64,000 nucleotides of DNA from Candidatus Methanomethylicia archaeon (GCA_038845975.1 JAWBQF010000003.1:1-64000), one strand, 5' to 3'; numbered from the stretch's first letter, positions 21,201-31,140 are shown. Translations and numbers: made by a program. Notes: generated by a model from the letters alone, not told the origin.

Positions 21201-21422
21201 TCATCCACATGTTGAATGTTTTATTGCTTGTGTTGGACATGCAGCTACGCATGCACAACACTGTATACATTGATCAATATTTATAGCATTAGATTTCCCA
21301 TTAATAACTTCATATACTCCTGTAGGACAGACCCTAACACATTCCCCAGCACTAATACATCTATCCCAATCAACATCAATAGTTATATCTAAACTACTAC
21401 TCCTCCAAGTTTTAATAACCAT
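21201..21422 (-). CDS. Small ferredoxin with two cluster-binding motifs
   Basis: CISAGECVRVCP (one Cys replaced by Ala) and CIQCCACVAACP. Confidence 0.9.
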   Translation of the reverse strand: MVIKTWRSSSLDITIDVDWDRCISAGECVRVCPTGVYEVINGKSNAINIDQCIQCCACVAACPTQAIKHSTCG

Positions 21423-21452
21423 AATCCACCAGAAATATTATTTATAATACAT

Positions 21453-21479
21453 TTATAAAATTTATCCCGAATATTTTGG
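21453..21479 (-). promoter_or_regulatory. Promoter of the ferredoxin-hemerythrin operon with CGAA-N4-TTCG-like site 8 nt upstream of TATA
   Basis: Minus strand CCAA-AATA-TTCG GGATAAAT TTTATAA. Confidence 0.6.
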
Positions 21480-21983
21480 CTTTGTTAACTTTAGATTTAT
21501 TTGGGAGTTCTCTTCCTTGTTTACGGTGAATCTATGGTTAAATTTGTTAGGTTTTTAGGGAGGGAACCCCATTTACTCTAGTTATTATGGTGCTTATATA
21601 TTTTCGTTCATACTCATCTAGATACTTCAGATATTCTAAGCTCTATTATTTTAGGTTGTATCTATATTGTGGTTTATCTTAAGCTATTTGAGTTTGGTAG
21701 GAAGGGTTGGGATTGATTTTTGATGATAATATTATAAGTGTACTCTAAAATGAGATTACTATAGGCCATTATTAGAAGATTCCTACATATGTTTATGATT
21801 TTACAATATGCCTACATCTTTTAACATTAAGAAAATTAGGGCTATTTATGGCTCTAACATAATTGTATTGATGGTAAATATGATAGTGAACATGTATTCA
21901 TGTTATGAGGTCAATAGTATATATGCTAAGAATTATAGAAACAATATAGGATAGAGTGTAAACATGCTTAAATTCATAAAGCC
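21478..21983 (+). mobile_element. Decayed IS6-family element with both ends
   Basis: Starts GGCTTTGTTAACTTTAGATTTATTTGGGAG, ends aaacatgcttaaattcataaagcc; internal deletions. Confidence 0.85.
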
Positions 21984-22106
21984 TATTAAGCTCTTCATCT
22001 TATAGTATGGCTGGATACATTACATTAAACCATTAGAAAACTCTACCTAATAGCATAATAGTATCTATGCTGGTTAGTCTATTAGTAATGAATTGTTTGT
22101 GGGGCT

Positions 22107-23654
22107 TTAGAATATAAGGATTTTTAGTATGGTTCTTATCCCGTAGGTTTTCACTATATTTATGATAAAGGATAAGTAGCCTAAAGCCATTACTACAGCA
22201 AATATAATGGCTGCATACATGTATGGGATATATAGTGTTATACCGTGATATAGATTTCTCCTAAGCATACCAGCAATACCTGCAAATCCAAGTGATAGGG
22301 ACATACCTATACTTCCAATCATCCAGAGCATGAAGTGAGTATTGCTAAGCTTCATGCTTATAAGCTCCTTACCTGTTAGGGATGGAAGCAACGTATAGAT
22401 AACTGCAAATATTAGGGTGCTTAAACCTGCTAGAAGCATCATATGTGCATGTGTTCCTATAACCCATTGAGTATTATGGAGGAATACGTTAAGAGCATAG
22501 TTAGCCTGTATAAGTCCTGAAACTCCGCCAAGCATAAATCCGAGAATTCCTCCAAGCATAAATTTTAATGGTATGTTCATTTTTAATGGGCGAGCAAGCC
22601 AGAGGGTTTTAAGAGCAGCGAAGAAGCTAAGACCCATAGTAACGTATTCCCCCCATGTAATAAATTGGCCTGATATAAGCCTCAGTAAAGCTGGTTGAGG
22701 AGTATCTGAAAGTAGATGGTGGCTCCATACACCCATAGAAATTATGAGGTCTGCAAGTATTACATACCTTACTATGTTCTCGCCGTATAGGGGTCTATTA
22801 GCTAGGAGGGGAGCCATAAGGTATAGTACGCCAGCAGTCCAAATCAATACATCTCCATCAGCAACCATATCTAACCCCCACCAGTAAACATTCTTGTAGA
22901 TTAAGGGATTAATTAATTGTGTACTTAGATTTACACCTATAATAGCATATATACTGTAAATGAGGATTAATAGTCCAGCCATTATTAGAATTAATGCATT
23001 TATAACAGCATCTATAGATCCCCTCATAACTGATACTATGAATACTGGAGGTCTAGAACCTCCATTTAGAAACTTATTTTTACGATTTATTAATGATGCT
23101 ATCTTATCCAAATTGAAGGCAGCTATAATAAAGCCTTTAATAGACCCTCCATTTCCTTCACTACCTCTAAGAATTGTGGAGAATATGTTGAATATAAATA
23201 GAAGTATTGAAAACTCTATTAGAGCCAACCCTAATGTAAATGTTAGGGCTCCACTTGGAGGAAATATATTCCAGTTAACTGGGAGAGGCCAGTAGATTGT
23301 GTATAGAGGAGCGTAGTGAAGGAAGAAGCAGGCTGACCAGGCTACTATAACCCCAAGCATATGAATTACTAATCCAATCATGGCAAGCCTTACACTATGC
23401 AGGTTTCTATTAAGAAGTTTTGGAACTAAGTAGTAGAAGGCTCCCATTACAGCTATATAAGCCCATCCATAGATACCGACTACCGGATGAGCTGTCATCA
23501 TCGCGAAGAATTCTTCATATTTATGTAGAGGTATATTGCATAAGTCAACCCTCATTAAACATCCCTCTACACCTACTACAAATAGAAAGAATAATGCTAC
23601 AATTACATATCTAAGGGTAAGTTTCTCAAGTGTAGGGTTAAGCCAGGAGTTCAT
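22107..23654 (-). CDS. Heme-copper oxidase superfamily subunit I, gNOR-like (putative nitric oxide reductase)
   Basis: About 12 TM; MTAHP, YTIYWPL, YWWGLDMVAD (Asp at the His-ligand position), WSHHL, HNTQWVIGTHAH. Confidence 0.85.
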   Translation of the reverse strand: MNSWLNPTLEKLTLRYVIVALFFLFVVGVEGCLMRVDLCNIPLHKYEEFFAMMTAHPVVGIYGWAYIAVMGAFYYLVPKLLNRNLHSVRLAMIGLVIHMLGVIVAWSACFFLHYAPLYTIYWPLPVNWNIFPPSGALTFTLGLALIEFSILLFIFNIFSTILRGSEGNGGSIKGFIIAAFNLDKIASLINRKNKFLNGGSRPPVFIVSVMRGSIDAVINALILIMAGLLILIYSIYAIIGVNLSTQLINPLIYKNVYWWGLDMVADGDVLIWTAGVLYLMAPLLANRPLYGENIVRYVILADLIISMGVWSHHLLSDTPQPALLRLISGQFITWGEYVTMGLSFFAALKTLWLARPLKMNIPLKFMLGGILGFMLGGVSGLIQANYALNVFLHNTQWVIGTHAHMMLLAGLSTLIFAVIYTLLPSLTGKELISMKLSNTHFMLWMIGSIGMSLSLGFAGIAGMLRRNLYHGITLYIPYMYAAIIFAVVMALGYLSFIINIVKTYGIRTILKILIF

Positions 23655-24181
23655 GGCTTCACCTCTATAGCCTCCGGGAGGATCATGTATGGATGCTTAG
23701 GTCCTGAATACTCTGTAGATCTAATAGTATATTTCCCAGGTTCATTGAAAATCCATACTATAGAATTATTATACCATGGTATAACTTGAATTTGAAATAC
23801 TAGTGTTCCATCACCTCTAAATATACCGAAACCATATGTTACATCCTTAGAAGTTACTATAAACTCTACAGGCTCCCCAACCCTAATAATTATTGGGTTC
23901 TCAGGTAAGTAGAATTTATAATCATACATTGTAATGTAAAACACTCTATCAGGCTTTACTGGACTCCATAAAATCCATTGCTGTGAAGGAGTTAATGTAA
24001 GGGTAGCTACATTGAAGACTACTGTTACCATTACTAGAACTATAAACCATTTCTTCTCATCTACAACTTCACGTTTCCCATTTCTTAATCTTGCCAGCTT
24101 AATAGAGAATAAAAACATAAAGACAATAGCTCCTAAAGCGAAAATTATGAATAGCATCTCAATATAATACTGTATATGCAT
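23651..24181 (-). CDS. Heme-copper oxidase subunit II lacking CuA ligands
   Basis: 2 TM plus cupredoxin domain; SKDVTYGF and RSTEYSGPKHPYM replace DVxH and CxExCGxxHxxM. Confidence 0.85.
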   Translation of the reverse strand: MHIQYYIEMLFIIFALGAIVFMFLFSIKLARLRNGKREVVDEKKWFIVLVMVTVVFNVATLTLTPSQQWILWSPVKPDRVFYITMYDYKFYLPENPIIIRVGEPVEFIVTSKDVTYGFGIFRGDGTLVFQIQVIPWYNNSIVWIFNEPGKYTIRSTEYSGPKHPYMILPEAIEVKP

Positions 24182-24203
24182 ACTTCAAAATCCTCATTAA
24201 GTA

Positions 24204-24246
24204 TTATAAATTTTACCACGAAGGTATTCGGTATCAGGTTTAAATA
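24204..24246. promoter_or_regulatory. Symmetric divergent promoter: TATA-8 nt-CGAAGGTATTCG-8 nt-TATA
   Basis: ttataaa ttttacca CGAAggtaTTCG gtatcagg tttaaata. Confidence 0.75.
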
Positions 24247-24267
24247 ATGGCTTAACCCTGTTATACT

Positions 24268-25230
24268 GTGCTTTATAGTAAGCTTAAACATGAAGATGTA
24301 TTGGAGATTGTAAATGAAGAGTATAGTGAATGGATTTCCTATAGAGGGAAATTCTGTAGTGGGGGAGTAGTGGTTGGAAGCTATGATGGAATACTTCCGA
24401 AAGCCAATTTAAAACTATTCATGATCTATAGTGGGGATTTCGGTATGAAAATCATAGATAACCTTGTAAATACATTTGGTCATTGTAGGTCTTGCAGCCA
24501 TTTATGTATTGAGAAGCAGTGTAAGTATGGTAAATATGGCTTTTCAGAGAGTATTGATGGAGTAGTGGAAGCTCCTCCACCTGAAGCCTTACCATCAATC
24601 ATAGATAATCCATATACTCTCCTACCCACTAAGATTCCTAGTGTAGATATTGTTTTAGCAACAGGATTACATAATGACCTATACTTAGAGCTTCCTGAGA
24701 TACTTAGAAGATCTGATGTATTAGGATTAATAATACTTAGAGATAAAGGAGGGGATGCACCTTTAGGAGTTCTTAGAAGCATAGTGGAAAACTGTAAAAA
24801 CTATGGGATTGAGGTAGCTGCTCCGAAGCCGTCATGTAATCTAAAGCCAAATTCAAAGCTAATAGCTGAATTCATAGAGCAGTACAGGATAGGAATGCCC
24901 TTAATAACGTTAAGAAGAGTAAGAAATACTATTTCAAGTATTGAGGTTCATGTTTCATCCCCCTGCGGTATAACATACTATGTTGCTAGACAGCTTTTAG
25001 GATATGATGTTAACGAGCATGATGAAGATTGGCTGAGGAAATTTTATGATAGGGTAGCATTACATCATCATTCATATCCATGTACGGGATCCATGGATTA
25101 CGACTATGAGCTCGGAGATACGGTTCTACATTGGAGCTCATATATAGAGAGGGAAGCATACCTGTTATCTCTAGGTCTACATGATAAACTAGTAGAAACC
25201 ATAATTGAAAGAATAACACCTAAGAGATAG
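24268..25230 (+). CDS. DUF166-like Cys-rich protein
   Basis: IIDNP..LLP, GLH.DL..ELP, PKPSCNL, SSPCG.T, YPCTGSM; extra CRSCSHLC...C insert; start may be downstream. Confidence 0.7.
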   Translation: MLYSKLKHEDVLEIVNEEYSEWISYRGKFCSGGVVVGSYDGILPKANLKLFMIYSGDFGMKIIDNLVNTFGHCRSCSHLCIEKQCKYGKYGFSESIDGVVEAPPPEALPSIIDNPYTLLPTKIPSVDIVLATGLHNDLYLELPEILRRSDVLGLIILRDKGGDAPLGVLRSIVENCKNYGIEVAAPKPSCNLKPNSKLIAEFIEQYRIGMPLITLRRVRNTISSIEVHVSSPCGITYYVARQLLGYDVNEHDEDWLRKFYDRVALHHHSYPCTGSMDYDYELGDTVLHWSSYIEREAYLLSLGLHDKLVETIIERITPKR

Positions 25231-25237
25231 GTTTAAG

Positions 25238-25654
25238 TTATGATTTATTTCCTCCATGCTCCTTAATGTATTTATGTAGTTGAGGAAAACTCCTAATTGA
25301 GAATTCCCTACCTACACTTTTAAAGAACATATCGAGGATAATTAATCCTGCAACTATATGACTGCAGATATAGCCACGTAGAGCTGAAGCTTCACAATCA
25401 CATTTCACTCCATACTCACCAATAACAAGAGTATGAGTAAGATCCTCTCTGGTTTCTGATGGGAATAATAGCTTAACAGTTTTTACATTTCCCTGCTCAA
25501 TATTGAAGTTGCTAATAGTAATCTTTCTATCAATTAGATACTTTAAAGCCTTATTAACAACCCTCCTACTAACATTAAACTCAGCAAGCACATCATAATA
25601 TTTGGAAATGAAGCTTTTCCTCCTAGACGTACAACCACCTAACTTAACATACAC
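25238..25654 (-). CDS. SWIM zinc-finger protein
   Basis: CDCEA...ICSHIVA motif. Confidence 0.7.
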   Translation of the reverse strand: MYVKLGGCTSRRKSFISKYYDVLAEFNVSRRVVNKALKYLIDRKITISNFNIEQGNVKTVKLLFPSETREDLTHTLVIGEYGVKCDCEASALRGYICSHIVAGLIILDMFFKSVGREFSIRSFPQLHKYIKEHGGNKS

Positions 25655-25716
25655 ATACTAAAATATATAGGTAGCCATATTTAAAGCTCATAATGATACG
25701 TTAAAGTTTATAAAGC

Positions 25717-26185
25717 GGTACTGTTAAAATAGGGGTTGTAATGCTGGTCTTCTAGGATTTGTGTATTCTTAGGTTATTGTAGTAGTATGTGAAAGTCTCT
25801 AAGAGAGCTTTACTCATTTTATACCACGTTTTCTTGATGGAAAGTTGTTGTAGGATCATTTAGTTCTCTCTTTAGTGTTCTAAACCATCCTTCTATACAG
25901 TTTCCAAATCCATACGTGATATGTTCCATTCTAAGTTCTTCAATGCATCTATATAAATGCATCTATATACTATGTCTTATCAATAGGATAAGCATCTACT
26001 TAGACATGTCCCAAAGTCTTCTTCAGTATGTATTCATTATGAAGCCAGCTAGCATTGTTGTCAGAACCTCTCTAGAATTCACATCTACAGTAGCCCAGAA
26101 ATAGAAATGTTGGTTATTCACCCTCAATTTTGTAGTAGATGATGAGACAAACATCATCTACACATATAGTTGATGGCTTAAGTTC
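25717..26185 (-). mobile_element. Second IS6-family transposase remnant (different subfamily)
   Basis: Broken minus-strand frames give TKLRVNNQHFYFWATVDVNSREVL and EHITYGFGNCIEGWFRTLK; ggtactgttaaaat end at 25717. Confidence 0.7.
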
Positions 26186-26284
26186 CAAGATAATTATAAT
26201 ATGGAGTTAATCTATAATACTATTTTAAGCTTTATATACTAGGTAGATAAATACTAAAATTCACTTATTATTGGAATGCTGCTT

Positions 26285-27196
26285 TCAGCTAGATATAGAG
26301 AGCATTAATGTTCTTATGGTTTCTTTAGAGATGTTTTGCGGATAGCCGAAAACTACATGTTTAATACCTATTTCTTTTAGCTTTAAAAGATAGTTTTTTA
26401 AAGTATTGGAAGGCATGTGAATTGAAAACTTCTCTATAACTTCTTCAGGAACGATATTCACAATATCTTTTAATGCAACTCCACTTCTTAACTCTCTCTT
26501 TATCTTAAGGATTTCTTCATATAAACCTATTCTTTCTAAAACACTCTTAACAGTTCCTAAAGCTACAGTTATAGAGGAAAGTTTAAGAAGATCATATAGC
26601 TGTTTATCTTTACAAGTATAAACATAGGATGGAGCATATATACCTATCTGAACGGAATGGCTGTAAGGTAAATCCATTTCCTTTACTGCCCATTTAATAA
26701 GTTCTAAATCGGCATAATTTAGTAGAACTCCATGAAAGAACTTAGCTATCCTAAGCATTCTAGGGCCTTGAGCACCAAGCCATATAGGTATTTCCAGCTT
26801 TTCTTGTTTAAAACTTACATTAATTTCCCATTCCACTCTTAAAAGTAATTCAGGAATACGTTTCACTTTGGAAAGCTGAATCCCTACTCTTTTAAGTTGG
26901 CCACGATCTCCCGGACCAATACATAATTCAAATCGGTCACCATATTGCTTAGTTAGCATGATTATATTTTTAGCAATTTGAGATGAAGTATAAAGTAATG
27001 GGCTAAGTAATCCTATTCCAATTCTTATATTACTTGTTTTCTCCGCTATAATTGAAGCCACTGTATAGAAATCTGATTTTAAAGAAGTATCCGTTACCCA
27101 TACGTAATCGAAACTTAACTTCTCCATTTCCATGCTTTTCTCTACGATTTTCTGAATGGTTTCATGTGGATTAATACTTAATCCGTATTTTAACAT
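26285..27196 (-). CDS. LLM-class flavin/F420-dependent oxidoreductase (Mer-like)
   Basis: FDYVWVTD, TSNIRIGIG, RFELCIGPGD, IPIWLGAQGPRML. Confidence 0.85.
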   Translation of the reverse strand: MLKYGLSINPHETIQKIVEKSMEMEKLSFDYVWVTDTSLKSDFYTVASIIAEKTSNIRIGIGLLSPLLYTSSQIAKNIIMLTKQYGDRFELCIGPGDRGQLKRVGIQLSKVKRIPELLLRVEWEINVSFKQEKLEIPIWLGAQGPRMLRIAKFFHGVLLNYADLELIKWAVKEMDLPYSHSVQIGIYAPSYVYTCKDKQLYDLLKLSSITVALGTVKSVLERIGLYEEILKIKRELRSGVALKDIVNIVPEEVIEKFSIHMPSNTLKNYLLKLKEIGIKHVVFGYPQNISKETIRTLMLSISS

Positions 27197-27419
27197 ACAT
27201 TACATTAAGTTTATGTAAGCATAATAAATCTTTACTTTTGTTAATGTGTTCTATAAACTTAAATATGTTTAGCTCTTTGATCATTGATATATTTTGTTAA
27301 TGTTGAAATTAGGATTGTAACTATGAATGTTTCCCTAATAATTCTAGGGATTTTCCTTCAGAAGTAGCTGCAATATAGTTTAATATTACTCTAAAGAATA
27401 GATGCTATTCATTTCTGAA

Positions 27420-27910
27420 GTTTATTTCATTATGTATTGATTTAGCATATCCTTCAATACTTTTCAATCCAATAGATTTAACAATTTCATCAATAGCAAT
27501 AAATAATCTATCAACTCTTCCTCTAAGCCTTCTAAGATAGATTTTTCAAGTATTGCTGATACATATCTCCAAGCAATTCTCCCAGCTATTTGAAATAGTG
27601 GAATATTTAGGAATTCTAATAGAGATAATGCTATCTCATGAATAAGCTCACTATAAATCCTTGGTACTGTAAAAACTTCCTGAGAACGCCAAGACCCGGA
27701 CTCAGCATTAACATATAGTGCAAATCCCTTACTAAAGTAGTTGTTAAGCTAATTGTAAACTCTCTAAGAAGAGTTGTTTTACCACATCCCTTAGGACCAT
27801 GAGATGAAGAGTGATAAATACATTTGCTTCTCATTAAGCTTACATAAAGCCTTAAGCTCAACTCTACGACCTACAAACGATATCATAGCCCTTAATACTT
27901 CTTCAATCAT
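27420..27910 (-). pseudogene. Archaeal ATPase (AAA) pseudogene
   Basis: MISFVGRRVEL then frameshifted GPKGCGKTTLLR Walker A; multiple breaks; limits approximate. Confidence 0.65.
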
Positions 27911-28164
27911 CTTTCTTATATCTTTATCTATTTAGCCTCAATACCCCAATAAATAGAAGCCATGTAACCATATAGCTTAATAGATGAAATCCTATTTCTA
28001 AACTACATTTAAGAAAGTAAGTTAATAAAGCCTACAAGTATGATGTTACTCTCTTAAAGAAACCATAATTATTAATCATATTCAATATAGGGGCTCTTAA
28101 TTAAACTTTTAAGGTTAGCAACACCTTATAGAAAGCTTTAAATTTATCTTGGAGCTTTAAGCTT

Positions 28165-29868
28165 ATGGAATGCTTAGAGTATTCTGGAAGAATTTTAGAG
28201 TTTAGAGGGAGGAGAATAGGTATAGGAGGTTCTGAACCTGAATTAAAAGAGGGAGAAATTTTTAAGAGGAAAACCCAGTCTCTATGTCCTGAATGTTACA
28301 GATTACTTCCAGCAATAGTTTTTGAAAGGGATGGTAGTATATGGATTAGGAGGATATGTTCAGAACATGGAGAAATTGAAGAGCTGTATTGGGGTGATTC
28401 CTCTCTTTATGAGAAGGTAATGATGTTTGAGGCTCCTAGCTCAAATATTAAAATTACATATAAAAGCTTGGAGAATCCATGTCCGTTTTCATGTGGGCTA
28501 TGTCCTATACATGTAACTCAGACATGTTTAGCTAATGTTGTTGTTACTAATAGATGTGATTTAAGCTGTTGGTACTGTTTCTTCTATAGTGAAAAGGCTG
28601 GATATGTATATGAGCCTAGCATAGAGAAGTATAAGGAGATGATGGAGGCATTAGCTAGACAGCATCCAATAGGTGCTAGAGCTATACAGCTAACTGGAGG
28701 AGAACCTCTATTAAGAGATGATTTGGTTGATTTGGTTAAGGTAACGAGGGAGGCTGGAATAGATCATATACAGTTGAATACTAATGGTTTAAGATTCCTA
28801 TATGATATGGATGGAGTTAACCTATCTAGAAGACTTAGGGAGGCAGGAGTAAATACTATATATTTAAGCTTTGACGGTGTAAGTCCAGATGTAAACTTCA
28901 AGAATCACTGGGAGATTCCCTATATATTTGAGAACTTTAGGAAAAGCGGTATGACAAGCGTGGTTCTAGTACCTACAGTTATTAAGGGATGGAATACTCA
29001 TGAATTAGGATCAATCGTTAAGTTTGCAGCTTTAAACATGGATATAGTTAGAGGAGTAAATTTCCAGCCTGTATCACTTGTAGGCATGATGCCTAAATCA
29101 GAGAGAGAGAAGTATAGAGTAACAATACCTGAAGTTATAAGGCTAATAGAGGAGCAGACTAATGGGGAGATAGATAGGAATTCATGGTATCCAGTACCTA
29201 CAGCCTACATAATATCCAGATTTATAGAAGCCTTCTCAAGAAGAGAGCAGTGGCATATGAAGATACATCCAGCATGCGGTATGGCTACATATGTATATGT
29301 AGATAGAAAAGGGGGTGAAGTAAGATTTATACCAATAACTGAAATGATAGATGTAAATGGATTCCTAGAATATCTTAAGGAATCAACAGGTAGACTTGAG
29401 AAGGGAGGTAATAAATACATAAATGGGTTAAAGCTACTTTTAAAACTTAGGAAGCATATAAGGAAGGATAAGTTACCTGAAGGATTTGACCCTATCAAAA
29501 TAATTTTCAATGCATTTGTAAGACATAACTATGAAGCATTAGCAGAATTCCACTATAGATTCCTATATCTTGGAATGATGCATTTTATGGATTTATATAA
29601 TTATGATGTTGATAGAGTAAGGAGATGTGGAGTACACTATGTAACTCCGGAGCTGGAAGTAATACCGTTCTGTACATTCAACGTATTATCAGATCTATAC
29701 AGAGATTTCTCACAGAAAAACAATAGTATAAGTCTAGAAGATTATGTTAGAAGATTTGGAGAGAATAAAATAGGTGAATATATAAAGTATAAGAGAGATA
29801 AGAAGAAGCTGGAAGCAGGAGAAGTATATAGGAAAACATATACTCCATTCCTCAAATCCAAACTATAA
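28165..29868 (+). CDS. tes: Tetraether lipid synthase (GDGT-MAS; radical SAM, MJ0619 family)
   Basis: TQSLCPEC...CSEHG, CPFSCGLC..H, TNRCDLSCWYCFF, NHWE, VNFQPVS, HPACG, MHFMD.YNYD..RV.RC, IPFC. Confidence 0.9.
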   Translation: MECLEYSGRILEFRGRRIGIGGSEPELKEGEIFKRKTQSLCPECYRLLPAIVFERDGSIWIRRICSEHGEIEELYWGDSSLYEKVMMFEAPSSNIKITYKSLENPCPFSCGLCPIHVTQTCLANVVVTNRCDLSCWYCFFYSEKAGYVYEPSIEKYKEMMEALARQHPIGARAIQLTGGEPLLRDDLVDLVKVTREAGIDHIQLNTNGLRFLYDMDGVNLSRRLREAGVNTIYLSFDGVSPDVNFKNHWEIPYIFENFRKSGMTSVVLVPTVIKGWNTHELGSIVKFAALNMDIVRGVNFQPVSLVGMMPKSEREKYRVTIPEVIRLIEEQTNGEIDRNSWYPVPTAYIISRFIEAFSRREQWHMKIHPACGMATYVYVDRKGGEVRFIPITEMIDVNGFLEYLKESTGRLEKGGNKYINGLKLLLKLRKHIRKDKLPEGFDPIKIIFNAFVRHNYEALAEFHYRFLYLGMMHFMDLYNYDVDRVRRCGVHYVTPELEVIPFCTFNVLSDLYRDFSQKNNSISLEDYVRRFGENKIGEYIKYKRDKKKLEAGEVYRKTYTPFLKSKL

Positions 29869-29931
29869 GCTTAAACTATTATTTCTCAACATAGACTTAT
29901 AAATGCTATGATGAATATTACTATAATATGT

Positions 29932-30380
29932 TTACCATAACACTTTTACGTTTAATTTTTCAGCTACATATTTAAGATCTTTATCTCCTGTAACTATTGG
30001 GATTTGAAGAAATCTACATAGTGAAATCGTTACTGCATCGCAGGTTGAAAGTTTCCGTTCATGTAGTGAAGTATCCTCAGCTTCTCTAAGCATTCTATCT
30101 CCCTCAATTTTTATTTTTACAGCTTCCCTTATAATATCAATTGTTAAATCAATATTTATAAACAGTTCATTAAGATATGTTAATACCTCCTCCTCATTTA
30201 TAAATCCAGGTATTCTCCCCTATACCAATGATATAATACCTCATAAACTATTAATGGATGAATTACTCCTCTACTTTTACCAGTCTTAACTCTTAACATG
30301 CTATCTCTAGCTATTGACGTTAGAGTATTTGTTGCAGCAGCTAGAAATACATATGTATCCAAGAAAATTCTTTTCATCAC
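29932..30380 (-). pseudogene. PIN-domain (VapC) toxin with a single frameshift
   Basis: IFLDTY...YEV; after AGGGG near 30220 another frame continues RIPGFINEEE...LSTCDA...IVTGDKDL...VLW*; 449 nt is one base short of 150 codons. Confidence 0.8.
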
Positions 30381-30601
30381 TCACCTACATCCAATTCCAG
30401 TTCAGCCTCATCTGGATCATAGAGTCCTCTTGCACAATTAAAAAGCTTCCCCCAAAAGTCTTCTTTACTTAAAACTATCTTTCCATCATTGATTTCTATT
30501 CTTAGTGGGTCTCCCTCTTCTATTTTCAAACTTTTCCTAATTCTCTTAGGTAATATGACTACTCCCTTTTTCCTAACTATTAAAAAGTTTGATTTTTTCA
30601 T
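30377..30601 (-). CDS. AbrB/MazE-family antitoxin (VapB)
   Basis: VRKKGVVILPKRIRKSLKIEEGD; overlaps toxin start. Confidence 0.88.
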   Translation of the reverse strand: MKKSNFLIVRKKGVVILPKRIRKSLKIEEGDPLRIEINDGKIVLSKEDFWGKLFNCARGLYDPDEAELELDVGE

Positions 30602-31140
30602 GAAATAAATACTAGATAGAAACTTATAAACTTATCTATATAATAATGAAAAATACAAGGATGTTTCATAGTAATGGAAGTAAGCTTTTCTAACTATTAT
30701 TAATGTTTACTAATACCATAATTGCTAATACTACACGAGTAATAGGAAGAATTATGCTGCTACTGATTATAGTTTGTGAAAACCGTGGCTCATAAATTAA
30801 CTTGCTAGTATTTCTATTAAACCTTGCATTTTCACCTCTTCAGACAGGATAACTATTAATGTTACTATTCGATTTAACTTCACTAGTAACTACTCTTGTA
30901 AACATAAATACAAAAGTATTTCCTGTTAAACTGGTAAGTAACTTTCTCCTACTCACATGTAACTACAAGTATCCATCAATTCATATCATTGATTAAGATA
31001 TACTTAATGATGAATTCAGAGATTATCTACAACTATGTTATGCATCTAAGCTAATGGATTAAGACATATAAAGTTGACAGAGTACTTCTCATTTATAGTA
31101 ATACTTAAATAATTTTGATTAGAAGTTTATTGGTGTTAAC

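Noticed and set aside
21181-21270. Cys/Met-rich N-terminal extension of the hemerythrin ORF
   Set aside because: Overlaps the ferredoxin in another frame; the domain begins at MYASDIL (21180)
22107-24181. Aerobic cytochrome c oxidase
   Set aside because: Lacks the His-Tyr cross-link motif and all CuA cysteines
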